A stretch of 59,332 nt of DNA from a virus (taxonomy: Duplodnaviria > Caudoviricetes). Positions within the stretch are counted from its first letter, which is position 1; each line of letters begins with the position of its first letter. Shown in pieces: positions 17,156 through 25,292 of the stretch. The DNA lies in the IMG/VR virus record IMGVR_UViG_3300036814_000177, positions 1-59,332 of that record; one strand, 5' to 3'. The position numbers were made by a program, and so were the translations under genes. The notes beneath the pieces were generated by a model. That model made no database searches. It saw nothing but the letters and a program-made list of their open reading frames with translations, and was not told where the DNA came from.

Positions 17156-17353
17156 GTTTGGCTGGTTTCCGTGCGCTTGCCAAGCCATTGAAAGCATTGA
17201 AACATTCGCGCTGGCGGGGCGCGTCGAGGCTCGACGGGGGGCACTTGGCCAGTCAAAAACTTTGTACCCCCCATAATACTAAACCTCTCTCAACAAACCC
17301 CAAAAAATAGTATATGTAAAGTTACACGTTTTGTTCTTATTCCACCCCAACCC

Positions 17354-17383
17354 TTGACTTTTCACTGCGCATCCGCCTATCCT
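17354..17383 (+). promoter_or_regulatory. Possible promoter of the late arm
   Basis: TTGACT-N18-TATCCT upstream of 17452. Confidence 0.4.
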
Positions 17384-17451
17384 TCGGTACTAAGATTTTG
17401 CAAAATCTTGTTTTGTCCGCGAGGACAATTCTTTAACTGGAGTATTTCACT

Positions 17452-17946
17452 ATGGGCGCTAATGCCACAAATGCAGAAATCGTTACCCTCGATGTAGTTG
17501 AGACCTTCAAGGTTGCTGGAACAGCCGTCAACGCCACTGCCGCTGAACTCAATATGGCGGCTGACAGCTCAGCCAATATGGAGGTTGTAACCACGACCAA
17601 TGTCATTACGGCGGCTGAGAGCGGTAAGACCTTTATCCTGACTAACACAAGTGCGTTCGTCTCGACTCTACCCGCTGCTGCCGCTGGTCTGCGCTATCGG
17701 TTCATTGCTGGTGTGGGCCAGGTCACAGGCGGTAACCATACCATCGTCTGCACAAACAATGACAACACCATGTTCGGCTCTGTTACTGTGGCTGGCGTTG
17801 TGGTTGCGGGAACTGTCGAGGGCAGCATAAACTTCGTTGCTGACACAATGCTCCCCGGTGATTGGTGTGAGGTGTTCAATGACGGAACTAATTGGTACAT
17901 CTCGGGGCAAGCCACCGCGAGTGGTGCGATTACGCTCACCACCTAA
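17452..17946 (+). CDS. Putative virion (head fiber/decoration-like) protein
   Basis: GGAG RBS. Beta-rich: ATAAELN...ITAAESGKTFIL...TLPAAAAGLRYRF...GTNWY. Confidence 0.6.
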   Translation: MGANATNAEIVTLDVVETFKVAGTAVNATAAELNMAADSSANMEVVTTTNVITAAESGKTFILTNTSAFVSTLPAAAAGLRYRFIAGVGQVTGGNHTIVCTNNDNTMFGSVTVAGVVVAGTVEGSINFVADTMLPGDWCEVFNDGTNWYISGQATASGAITLTT

Positions 17947-17949
17947 CAC

Positions 17950-17965
17950 TTGACATGAGTGTCAA
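17950..17965. promoter_or_regulatory. Palindromic operator-like site TTGACA-N4-TGTCAA
   Basis: Perfectly inverted 6-bp half-sites in the intergenic gap before the small terminase candidate. Confidence 0.55.
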
Positions 17966-17987
17966 CTAAGAGCTAGGCTCTCCGACC

Positions 17988-18449
17988 ATGGACAACTTGC
18001 CTCTCAAGTACCATCCATGGTCGGACCGTCTGGCGATGGATATTGCCCTCACCCTTGAGGGTTCGGGGGAGACACTGCCGGAAATTATGAAGCGTCACTC
18101 CATAACTATGGATGACGTGGGGCGCTTCAACGCAGACAGCGTGTTCCTCAAAAAAGTTCACCACCTCCGCGACGAGATCAGAGAGAAGGGGATGACGTTC
18201 CGCCTGAAAGCGAAAGCGCAGGCGGAGGAACTCCTCACAACAAGTTGGACGCTGATCCACAGTGCGGATGTAAGTGCCTCCGTAAAGGCGGACCTCATTA
18301 AGTCCACCGTCAAGTGGGGTGGGCTTGAGCCACAGAAAGACTCCGTCATAGAGGGTGGTGTCGTGGGTGGCGTAACCATACAGATAAATCTGCCAACGGC
18401 GGAGGCAAAGGTGCCGCAGGTCAAGACCATTGACCATGAGAGTGTTTAA
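17988..18449 (+). CDS. Putative terminase small subunit
   Basis: Helical 153-aa protein upstream of terL, with a C-terminal VTIQINL strand. Confidence 0.6.
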   Translation: MDNLPLKYHPWSDRLAMDIALTLEGSGETLPEIMKRHSITMDDVGRFNADSVFLKKVHHLRDEIREKGMTFRLKAKAQAEELLTTSWTLIHSADVSASVKADLIKSTVKWGGLEPQKDSVIEGGVVGGVTIQINLPTAEAKVPQVKTIDHESV

Positions 18450-18582
18450 GACATTCGCAGAGGCGCAGGTGTTCACTGCACAACTTGTTGAAGCGGGGGT
18501 TTCATTCACGACGAAGATTGTTACATTCCGCAAGCGGCTCAGAAAGCCGATGGAGATACAGGTGAAGATGTATGGCGTATGA
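18436..18582 (+). CDS. Small basic protein (48 aa)
   Basis: MRVFKTFAEAQVFTAQLVEAGVSFTTKIV... bridges terS and terL with overlaps. Confidence 0.5.
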   Translation: MRVFKTFAEAQVFTAQLVEAGVSFTTKIVTFRKRLRKPMEIQVKMYGV

Positions 18583-19957
18583 GATAGACTACACCCCCAC
18601 CAAGGTGTGCGGGCAGTTCATGGCAGACGACGCTAAGATGCGTGTGCTGATGGGGCCGGTCGGTAGCGGCAAGAGTGTGACTTCAACCTTTGAAGTCATA
18701 CGCAGAGCAGGGGAGCAAGAGCCAAATGAGCAAGGCATCCGCAAGTCAAGGGCGGCGGTTGTCCGCGAAACTGCCCGACAACTCATGGATACTACAATCA
18801 AAACGTTCCTCGATTGGTTCCCACCGGGGGTATGCGGGCGTTACATGCGAACCACAAAGACCTACTTTTTTGAGGTGGGCGACATTGAATGTGAAATTAT
18901 GTTCCGCGCTCTTGATGATGCGGACGATGTGGCCAACCTTAATTCACTTGAGCTAACATTCGCGTGGTTCAACGAGTGTCAGGATATTCACCCCGACATC
19001 ATAGACGCCATGTCCAAGCGCGTTGGGCGTTATCCATCCAAGAAGGACGGTGGCCCGACGTGGTGGGGGATGTGGGGGGACACCAACCCGCCGACGATGG
19101 ATACTTGGTGGTATTACCAGATGGAACACCTTGATCCGGATGACGGGGTCAGCGCCAACGACAACGGGTGGGGGGTGTACAAGCAGCCCAGCGGGCGCAG
19201 TCCCCAAGCGGAGAACATAGAGAACTTAGTGGAGGGATATTATGATACCCAAGGGCGCTCCGAGGAATACATACGAACGTTCATTGATGGGGAGTACGGG
19301 CTTAGCAGTCACGGTCAGCCTGTTTATAAGTATTTTCGCCCTGATTATCATATGGCTACCGAGCGTATGGAGCCTATTGTTAACGGCGTTCGCCCCCTTG
19401 TCATCGGCATGGACTTGGGCCTCACGCCCGCTGCGGTCATTGGCCAGAGCGACCCACGGGGGCGGGCGCTGATATATGACGAAGCTGTGTCGTTTGACAT
19501 GGGGGTGCAACGTTTCGCCCGGACGGTGCTGAAGCCGCTGCTGTTCGAGAGGTTCTCCGGAGCGAACTCCATTATCATCGTTGACCCTGCTGGCGTTCAG
19601 CGGGCACAGACAGACGAGCGCAGCGCCATAGATATCCTCAAGGCCGAGGGGTTCAAGGTCATGGCGGCTAAGACCAACAACGTGTCGGCCCGCCTCAACT
19701 CAGTGGACGAGTACCTCATGCGCCATGCGGATGGGGACTCAGCATTTTTAGTTAACCCTAACTGTACGGCGCTCAAAAGTGCGATGATGGGTGGGTATCG
19801 CTTCCATCCCAAGACCGGGAACATCGAGAAGAACAATCACAGTCACGTTGCCGAGGCGCTACAATATCTTATGCTACACATTGCGAGCATCAGTGACGGG
19901 TCGGTTGTCTCCCAGAGGCGGGAGATAAAGCCGATGTCCGCCATGGGGTGGACGTAA
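18572..19957 (+). CDS. terL: Terminase large subunit
   Basis: Walker A GPVGSGKS, Walker B AWFNE, DTNPP coupling motif, and nuclease motifs GMDLG, DPAG and SHVAEALQY. Confidence 0.95.
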   Translation: MAYEIDYTPTKVCGQFMADDAKMRVLMGPVGSGKSVTSTFEVIRRAGEQEPNEQGIRKSRAAVVRETARQLMDTTIKTFLDWFPPGVCGRYMRTTKTYFFEVGDIECEIMFRALDDADDVANLNSLELTFAWFNECQDIHPDIIDAMSKRVGRYPSKKDGGPTWWGMWGDTNPPTMDTWWYYQMEHLDPDDGVSANDNGWGVYKQPSGRSPQAENIENLVEGYYDTQGRSEEYIRTFIDGEYGLSSHGQPVYKYFRPDYHMATERMEPIVNGVRPLVIGMDLGLTPAAVIGQSDPRGRALIYDEAVSFDMGVQRFARTVLKPLLFERFSGANSIIIVDPAGVQRAQTDERSAIDILKAEGFKVMAAKTNNVSARLNSVDEYLMRHADGDSAFLVNPNCTALKSAMMGGYRFHPKTGNIEKNNHSHVAEALQYLMLHIASISDGSVVSQRREIKPMSAMGWT

Positions 19958-19965
19958 CTTTACTA

Positions 19966-19994
19966 TTGCGTTGTCTCACCGTGTCCCATATAGT
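19966..19994 (+). promoter_or_regulatory. Sigma70-type promoter of the sRNA
   Basis: TTGCGT-N17-TATAGT. Confidence 0.7.
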
Positions 19995-19999
19995 TCGCA

Positions 20000-20094
20000 T
20001 TGGTCGGACATGACCTCGGTTGAGTTTTCCTCCCTGTCAACTCGCCTCCTAGTAAACTTCCCCCAGCGGACTCCTAGCCGCTGGGGGGTTTTTT
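20000..20094 (+). ncRNA. Candidate ~95-nt sRNA with three anti-SD motifs
   Basis: Has its own promoter, two hairpins and an intrinsic terminator. CCUCCC, CCUCCUAG and ACUCCUAG lie in unpaired regions. Confidence 0.65.
20060..20094 (+). terminator. Intrinsic terminator
   Basis: CCCCCAGCGG-actcctag-CCGCTGGGGG followed by TTTTTT. Confidence 0.85.
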
Positions 20095-20097
20095 CTA

Positions 20098-20126
20098 TTG
20101 CTTCACATTCTCCAACAGGTTATAAG
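20098..20126 (+). promoter_or_regulatory. Possible promoter for the basic-protein/portal operon
   Basis: TTGCTT-N17-TATAAG directly after the terminator. Confidence 0.4.
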
Positions 20127-20158
20127 GAAGCTCCGATAATTTTTAGGGGGTTTTTGCT

Positions 20159-20377
20159 ATGGGTATTAAAGTCGTTAAGCGTAAGGTCAAGTTGACGCCG
20201 ACGCAGAGAGCTGTGATGCGTACGCCAGCAGAACGTGTTGCTGACGGCCTTGCCAAGTCAACGGCGAAGACGCAGCGTACTGGGGTTAGCTCCAGCGTTG
20301 GTAGCCGCGACGTTCTTTCCAAGCCCGGCTTCTTCAAAAAGAACTACCACCCCAATAGCAAAGGGAAGAACCAGTAA
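20159..20377 (+). CDS. Small Lys/Arg-rich protein
   Basis: AGGGGG RBS and TAATG coupling to the next gene. Confidence 0.65.
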   Translation: MGIKVVKRKVKLTPTQRAVMRTPAERVADGLAKSTAKTQRTGVSSSVGSRDVLSKPGFFKKNYHPNSKGKNQ

Positions 20378-20508
20378 TGCCAGTCGTTGGTGGTAAACAC
20401 TATCCGTACACTTCCAAAGGTCGCAAGGCGGCTAAGAGAGCCCAGCGTAGCAAGGCTACTGCTAAGCCGCGAAAGGCCAACAAGATTAAGCAGAGCAGGA
20501 AAAAATAA
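20377..20508 (+). CDS. Small Lys/Arg-rich protein (43 aa, below the track cutoff)
   Basis: MPVVGGKHYPYTSKGRKAAKRAQRSKATAKPRKANKIKQSRKK, TAATG-coupled at both ends. Confidence 0.7.
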   Translation: MPVVGGKHYPYTSKGRKAAKRAQRSKATAKPRKANKIKQSRKK

Positions 20509-20808
20509 TGGCTGGTCGTGAGTATTCCAACAAGGATAATAAGAAGGGCAACACACAGCGGTACTTACCGGTGAAGGTTGTCAGCCGCAAGACCGGCAAG
20601 AAGCAGGTGGGTAAGACTGCGGTTCTGGATATGAACAACAGAATATACGATGCGGCTATTAAGGATAGCACATTAGAAAAGCGTGGCCCCTACGGCAAAC
20701 ATTCAGACCGGATAATTAGGCAAACACGGAAGGCCAACAAGATTAAGCAGAGTAGGAAGAAATAATGCCTGGTCGTAAGTATTCCAACGCTGACAATAAG
20801 AAGGGCAA
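20473..20808 (+). repeat. 79-bp imperfect direct repeat spanning gene junctions (20473-20551, 20730-20808)
   Basis: aaggccaacaagattaagcagagYaggaaRaaataatgSctggtcgtRagtattccaac...aataagaagggcaa occurs twice, offset by 257 bp. Confidence 0.9.
20508..20765 (+). CDS. Small Lys/Arg-rich protein
   Basis: TAATG coupling; shares its termini with the neighbouring genes. Confidence 0.7.
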   Translation: MAGREYSNKDNKKGNTQRYLPVKVVSRKTGKKQVGKTAVLDMNNRIYDAAIKDSTLEKRGPYGKHSDRIIRQTRKANKIKQSRKK

Positions 20809-21010
20809 TATGAAACGCGCCCCTAAACCATTTGAGCGCGGCGGTAGTATGTACAATAGGTCTGCTCAGCGGGAGAGAGACCTTGAGTCAACGGATGGTG
20901 ACCGCTCTCGCGGCAGAGATGAGTATGGTCGGCTTAAGTATTACAAACCTAAGAAGGGTGCGAAGGCTTCCGAGGGTGATCTGGTCTTGAGGTTTAGGGG
21001 CGGAAAATAA
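20765..21010 (+). CDS. Small Lys/Arg-rich protein
   Basis: TAATG coupling to the portal gene. Confidence 0.7.
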   Translation: MPGRKYSNADNKKGNMKRAPKPFERGGSMYNRSAQRERDLESTDGDRSRGRDEYGRLKYYKPKKGAKASEGDLVLRFRGGK

Positions 21011-23079
21011 TGGCCGGACTTAGCTTCCTCAGAGTCGTGGACAACGAGACTCTTGTACAGCAAGAGTCTGAGGAGGAGACCCGACGCGCCATGCAGGAGC
21101 GACAGGCTGAGCCGTTGATGATCGGCCTAACGGGCTATCTCCGTACAGCGTTCGACGCAGCCAACCGAGCCAAAGACCCAATTGAGCGGGCGATGCTCAC
21201 AGCCCTTCGCCAGCGTAATGGCGAGTACGAGCCAAGTAAGCTGGTGCAAATCCAGAAGCAGGGTGGCTCAGAAATTTACATGATGCTTACCGAGGTGAAG
21301 TGCCGCGCAGCCGAGAGTTGGTTGCGCGATATCCTTATGGACACTGGCACACCCCCTTGGGATATTAAGCCAACCCCATTGCCCGACCTTCCCGAAGCGC
21401 GTGACGAGGTCATAGATCAAATACTTGGAGAGAAGGTCACTGGATTGATCGAGGAGATCGGGCAGGCTCCTAACCCCGCAGAGGTTTCCCAGCTTAAAGA
21501 GGTGATCGCACAGGAGCTACGGTTCTCTGTACTGCAAGACGCTCAGAACCGCGCAGAGGGTATGAAGCGTAAGATCGCTGACCAGTTTGCGGAAGGTGGG
21601 TTTGCGGAGGGCTTCAATGAGTTCCTCACTGACTTAGTAACTTTTCCCGCCGCCATTCTTAAAGGCCCATGTGTGCGCAGGCAGCGCAAGCTATCATGGG
21701 AGACCGACGAGGAAGGTAAGACTGTTGCGGTGGCTGACGAACAACTTGCTCCGGAGTTTGAGCGTGTTGACCCATTCCGGTTCTATCCGGAACCGGGCAT
21801 CGCTAAGGTTAGTGACGGCTACTGCTTCGAGCATCATCCCCTGACTCGAATGGCATTGTCTGAACTGCTTGGGGTGCCCGGTTATGATGACGACGCAATC
21901 CGTGAGCTACTTAAGATCGGTAACGGACAGAGTTGGATCAATAGTGACGTTGACCATGAGAAGGACGAGCTTGAGCGCAAGCACAGCACCGAGCAGCGCC
22001 CGACAGAAATTTACGATGCCCTTGAGTTCTGGGGCAAAGTCAGCGGAAAGATGCTGCTTGAATGGGGGCTTACAGAAGAGGAAGTCTCCGACTCTGCCAA
22101 AGAATATGACGCGAACGTGTGGATCGTGGGTAACTTCGTTATCAAGGCTATCCTCAACTACGATCCCCTTGGGGAGAAGCCATATGCTGTCACTTCATTT
22201 ATTAAAAGCCCCGGTGCGTTTTGGGGTAAAGGTATACCGGAGATTATCGAAGATGTGCAGAGCGTATGCAATGCGGCTGCGCGTTCGCTGGTTAATAACA
22301 TGGGCATCGCTTCTGGCCCTCAAGTTGAGGTTAACCTTGAGCGTATCCCCACTAATGAAGATATTACGCAGATGCACCCGTGGCGCATCTGGCAGGTACT
22401 CAATGACCCGCTCGGTGGTTCCGCCCCTGCTGTGCGTTTTAACCAGCCTAATGATAATTCTGCTGCGTTGATGGCGGTGTACAGCCAGTTCAGTCAACTG
22501 GCTGATGAACACTCCGGTGTACCCTCTTACTTGCACGGTGATCTCAATGTTTCCGGTGCGGGACGTACGGCCAGTGGCCTCTCCATGCTGATGGGTTCGG
22601 CGGGCAAGAGCATCCGCCAAGTCGTGATGCACATAGACGCAGACGTTATAAAACTTGTTGTGCATCGTATGTTTGTGTACAACATGCGGTACGATGAAGA
22701 CGAAGGCATTAAGGGTGACGCACAGATTATCCCCCGTGGCGCAATTAACTTGGCTGTTAAAGACACGGTTAACACACGCCGCGTTGAGTTCTTGCAAGCC
22801 ACCGCTAATGAGTTCGACATGGAGATCATCGGTACAGATGGTCGTGCAGCGATTCTTCGGGAAGTTGCTAAGGGGCTTCAGATGCCAGAAGACGAAGTCA
22901 TCCCATCCCGAGAGAAGGCTGCGTTCAATAAACGCGCCGCACAGAAGGAGTCACAAGCAGCCATTGCGCCGCCCGATGGAGGCCGCACTGGAGAACAGCC
23001 CAAGACACTTGACGTTGCTGGCAACCCTGCGGGTGGCATGAATGAAGTCGCAAACCAACAAACCGGGAGGGCAGTGTGA
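21010..23079 (+). CDS. Portal protein
   Basis: 689 aa after terL, with ERVDPFRFYP, FWGKGIPE..EDVQ...NAAAR and RTASGLSML. Confidence 0.88.
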   Translation: MAGLSFLRVVDNETLVQQESEEETRRAMQERQAEPLMIGLTGYLRTAFDAANRAKDPIERAMLTALRQRNGEYEPSKLVQIQKQGGSEIYMMLTEVKCRAAESWLRDILMDTGTPPWDIKPTPLPDLPEARDEVIDQILGEKVTGLIEEIGQAPNPAEVSQLKEVIAQELRFSVLQDAQNRAEGMKRKIADQFAEGGFAEGFNEFLTDLVTFPAAILKGPCVRRQRKLSWETDEEGKTVAVADEQLAPEFERVDPFRFYPEPGIAKVSDGYCFEHHPLTRMALSELLGVPGYDDDAIRELLKIGNGQSWINSDVDHEKDELERKHSTEQRPTEIYDALEFWGKVSGKMLLEWGLTEEEVSDSAKEYDANVWIVGNFVIKAILNYDPLGEKPYAVTSFIKSPGAFWGKGIPEIIEDVQSVCNAAARSLVNNMGIASGPQVEVNLERIPTNEDITQMHPWRIWQVLNDPLGGSAPAVRFNQPNDNSAALMAVYSQFSQLADEHSGVPSYLHGDLNVSGAGRTASGLSMLMGSAGKSIRQVVMHIDADVIKLVVHRMFVYNMRYDEDEGIKGDAQIIPRGAINLAVKDTVNTRRVEFLQATANEFDMEIIGTDGRAAILREVAKGLQMPEDEVIPSREKAAFNKRAAQKESQAAIAPPDGGRTGEQPKTLDVAGNPAGGMNEVANQQTGRAV

Positions 23080-23282
23080 TACAGCCTGACCCCGACACAG
23101 TTAAAGCGTTCGCCCATGTGGCGCTGAACGTACCGCGAGTGGCTAGGTTCCTTGAGGTTCAGTATCATGCTGAACTCGAGCGTCTACCGCAGACGGCATC
23201 AGACAAGCAGGGCATTGCCTCCGGGCGGTGTCAAGTTTTAGGTGAGTTGTGTAAACTTCTCACTGAAGCAACGGAGGCATAG
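23076..23282 (+). CDS. Small conserved head-region protein
   Basis: GTGA overlap; SGRCQVLGEL motif; lies between portal and scaffold. Confidence 0.65.
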   Translation: MIQPDPDTVKAFAHVALNVPRVARFLEVQYHAELERLPQTASDKQGIASGRCQVLGELCKLLTEATEA

Positions 23283-23332
23283 CCCAATGGGTAGCTTCTT
23301 TATTAACCAACGCATACCGATAGGAGCGTAAG

Positions 23333-24334
23333 ATGGCAGTACCAGAGCAAGTTCAAAAGCAGACTGAGGCCGTGAAAGCCTTGTATGACGATCTTAATGC
23401 AGAGAACGCGTCGTCTGAGACAGATGAAGCGCCTGTAGCTGAGCCGGTTCTACAAGAGGTTCCACCCGCCGACAGTGCTGAAGAGCTTGCACCGGAGTCC
23501 CCACCTGCTGAGCAGGGTGGTGACAACCGAGATGATGAAACGTGGCAACAGAAGTACCAGACCCTTCAGGGCATGTACAACGCCGAAGTCCCCCGTATGA
23601 ACGCACATATACAGGACTTGACGCAACGCGGCCAGCAGATGGAGCAGTTACTCGCTTCCATGCAGGCCGCACCAGCACCTGCCCCCGAGCCTGCCCCAGC
23701 GCCAGTCAGTGCTTTGACTAGCGACGAGGTGGAGGAGTATGGAGAGTCTATCGACATTATGCGCAAGGTTAGCCAAGAGATCGCTGGTCAGTACGAGCAG
23801 CGGCTTACAGCTATGCAGACTAAGCTCGATGAGTTACAGGGGACGGTTGTCCCCCGTGTTGAGCAGATTGCTAGTCAGCAAGCGCATAACGCTGAGCAGG
23901 GCTTCTGGGCCAGTCTACAGAGTACCGTTCCGAACTGGCGTGAGATCAACGACAATCAGGATTTCCAGTCTTGGCTGTTAGAGACCGATCCCCTTTCCGG
24001 ACTTACTCGGCAGACCTACCTTGACGATGCCCAGCGTAATCAGGACATCACACGGGTGGCGAGCTTCTTCGAGTCTTGGCAGTCGGCAACTGGTGCCGCA
24101 GTGGCTCAACCTAATCGGACCGCATCCGAACTAGAAAAACAAGTCGCACCGGGTAAAGGTCGCAGCAGCGGCGCTCCCCAAAGTGGTGAGACTAAAACCT
24201 ACGCTCCGGACGACATCACTAAATTCTTTGAGAAGGTCCGGACGGGTGGGTTTAAAGGTAAGGAGAAAGAGCGGGACGCCATTGAACGCGACATTTTCGC
24301 AGCGCAAAGCGAGGGTCGTATCACTTATGCGTAA
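23333..24334 (+). CDS. Putative scaffolding protein
   Basis: Acidic coiled-coil (WQQKYQTLQGMYNAEVPR) directly before the capsid gene, with a TAGGAG RBS. Confidence 0.75.
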   Translation: MAVPEQVQKQTEAVKALYDDLNAENASSETDEAPVAEPVLQEVPPADSAEELAPESPPAEQGGDNRDDETWQQKYQTLQGMYNAEVPRMNAHIQDLTQRGQQMEQLLASMQAAPAPAPEPAPAPVSALTSDEVEEYGESIDIMRKVSQEIAGQYEQRLTAMQTKLDELQGTVVPRVEQIASQQAHNAEQGFWASLQSTVPNWREINDNQDFQSWLLETDPLSGLTRQTYLDDAQRNQDITRVASFFESWQSATGAAVAQPNRTASELEKQVAPGKGRSSGAPQSGETKTYAPDDITKFFEKVRTGGFKGKEKERDAIERDIFAAQSEGRITYA

Positions 24335-24352
24335 CCTATAAAGGAGCCAATT

Positions 24353-25273
24353 ATGGCATATCCAATCGCCGCTGGCCATCCGGCCTATACTGGGAATTTC
24401 ATTCCCGAGATTTGGTCAGGTAAGCTGATCGAAAACTTCTACGACGCCACTGTGTTGTCGGCTATCGCCAACACTGACTACGAGGGCGAAATCAAAGCCC
24501 ATGGTGATACGGTGAACATCCGTACGACCCCGGACATCACGATCCGTGATTACGTCAAGGGTCAGACGCTGAACACTGAAAACCCCGACAAGGCCAAAAT
24601 TCAGTTGCTCATCGACAAAGGCAAGTATTTTGCCTGTGTTGAAGATGATGTGGATCAGGTCCAGTCGGATATTGCCCTGATGGACACTTGGTCAAAAGAT
24701 GCTTCCGAGCAGATGAAGATCAAGATCGACGTTGACGTTCTGGGTAACATCGCCACTGACGTCGTCGCTGCTAACAAGGGTCTCACCGCTGGTGAACAGA
24801 CTCTCTCCATTGACCTTGGTGTGACGGGCACTCCTAATGCCATCACGACTTCCAATGTCTTGGCTGAAATCATCAACCACGGTACGGTTCTTGATGAGGC
24901 TAACGTTTCGGAGCAAGATCGCTGGATGGTCATCCCCGCCAAGATGGCTGGCTTGATCAAACAGTCCGATCTTAAGGACGCTTCCATTACCGGTGACGGC
25001 TCTTCGCCGCTGCGTAATGGTCGCCTTGGTATGATTGATCGCTTCATGCTCTATGTGTCGCACAATCTTCCGCTGTCCGCGACTGGCGCTGCTGGTGAGT
25101 TCACCATCTTCTCCGGTCACAAGAAGGGTCTTACCTTCGCTTCGCAGATGACCAACATGGAAACTCTGCGTTCCGAGTCTACCTTCGGGGACATCATTCG
25201 TGGCTTGCAGGTTTACGGCTATAAAGTCGTTAAGGGCGAAGCCCTTACTGCTGGCATCATCACAATCGCATAA
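24353..25273 (+). CDS. Major capsid protein
   Basis: FIPEIWSGKL, NTDYEGEI, GDTVNI, NGRLGMIDRF and RGLQVYGYKV. AAGGAG RBS and strongly biased codons. Confidence 0.92.
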   Translation: MAYPIAAGHPAYTGNFIPEIWSGKLIENFYDATVLSAIANTDYEGEIKAHGDTVNIRTTPDITIRDYVKGQTLNTENPDKAKIQLLIDKGKYFACVEDDVDQVQSDIALMDTWSKDASEQMKIKIDVDVLGNIATDVVAANKGLTAGEQTLSIDLGVTGTPNAITTSNVLAEIINHGTVLDEANVSEQDRWMVIPAKMAGLIKQSDLKDASITGDGSSPLRNGRLGMIDRFMLYVSHNLPLSATGAAGEFTIFSGHKKGLTFASQMTNMETLRSESTFGDIIRGLQVYGYKVVKGEALTAGIITIA

Positions 25274-25292
25274 GCGGAAGGAAAAATTTATT

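Noticed and set aside
19971-20195. 74-aa ORF across the sRNA locus
   Set aside because: It has a TTG start inside the promoter with no RBS, and it runs through a strong terminator.
20473-20808. Repeats as a CRISPR mini-array
   Set aside because: There are only two 79-bp coding copies, 257 bp apart, and no repeat-spacer periodicity anywhere in the window.
25200-25292. Programmed frameshift fusing the MCP to the downstream decoration protein
   Set aside because: The +1 frame is open across the MCP stop, but I see no slippery site and the downstream gene has its own RBS and ATG at 25293.
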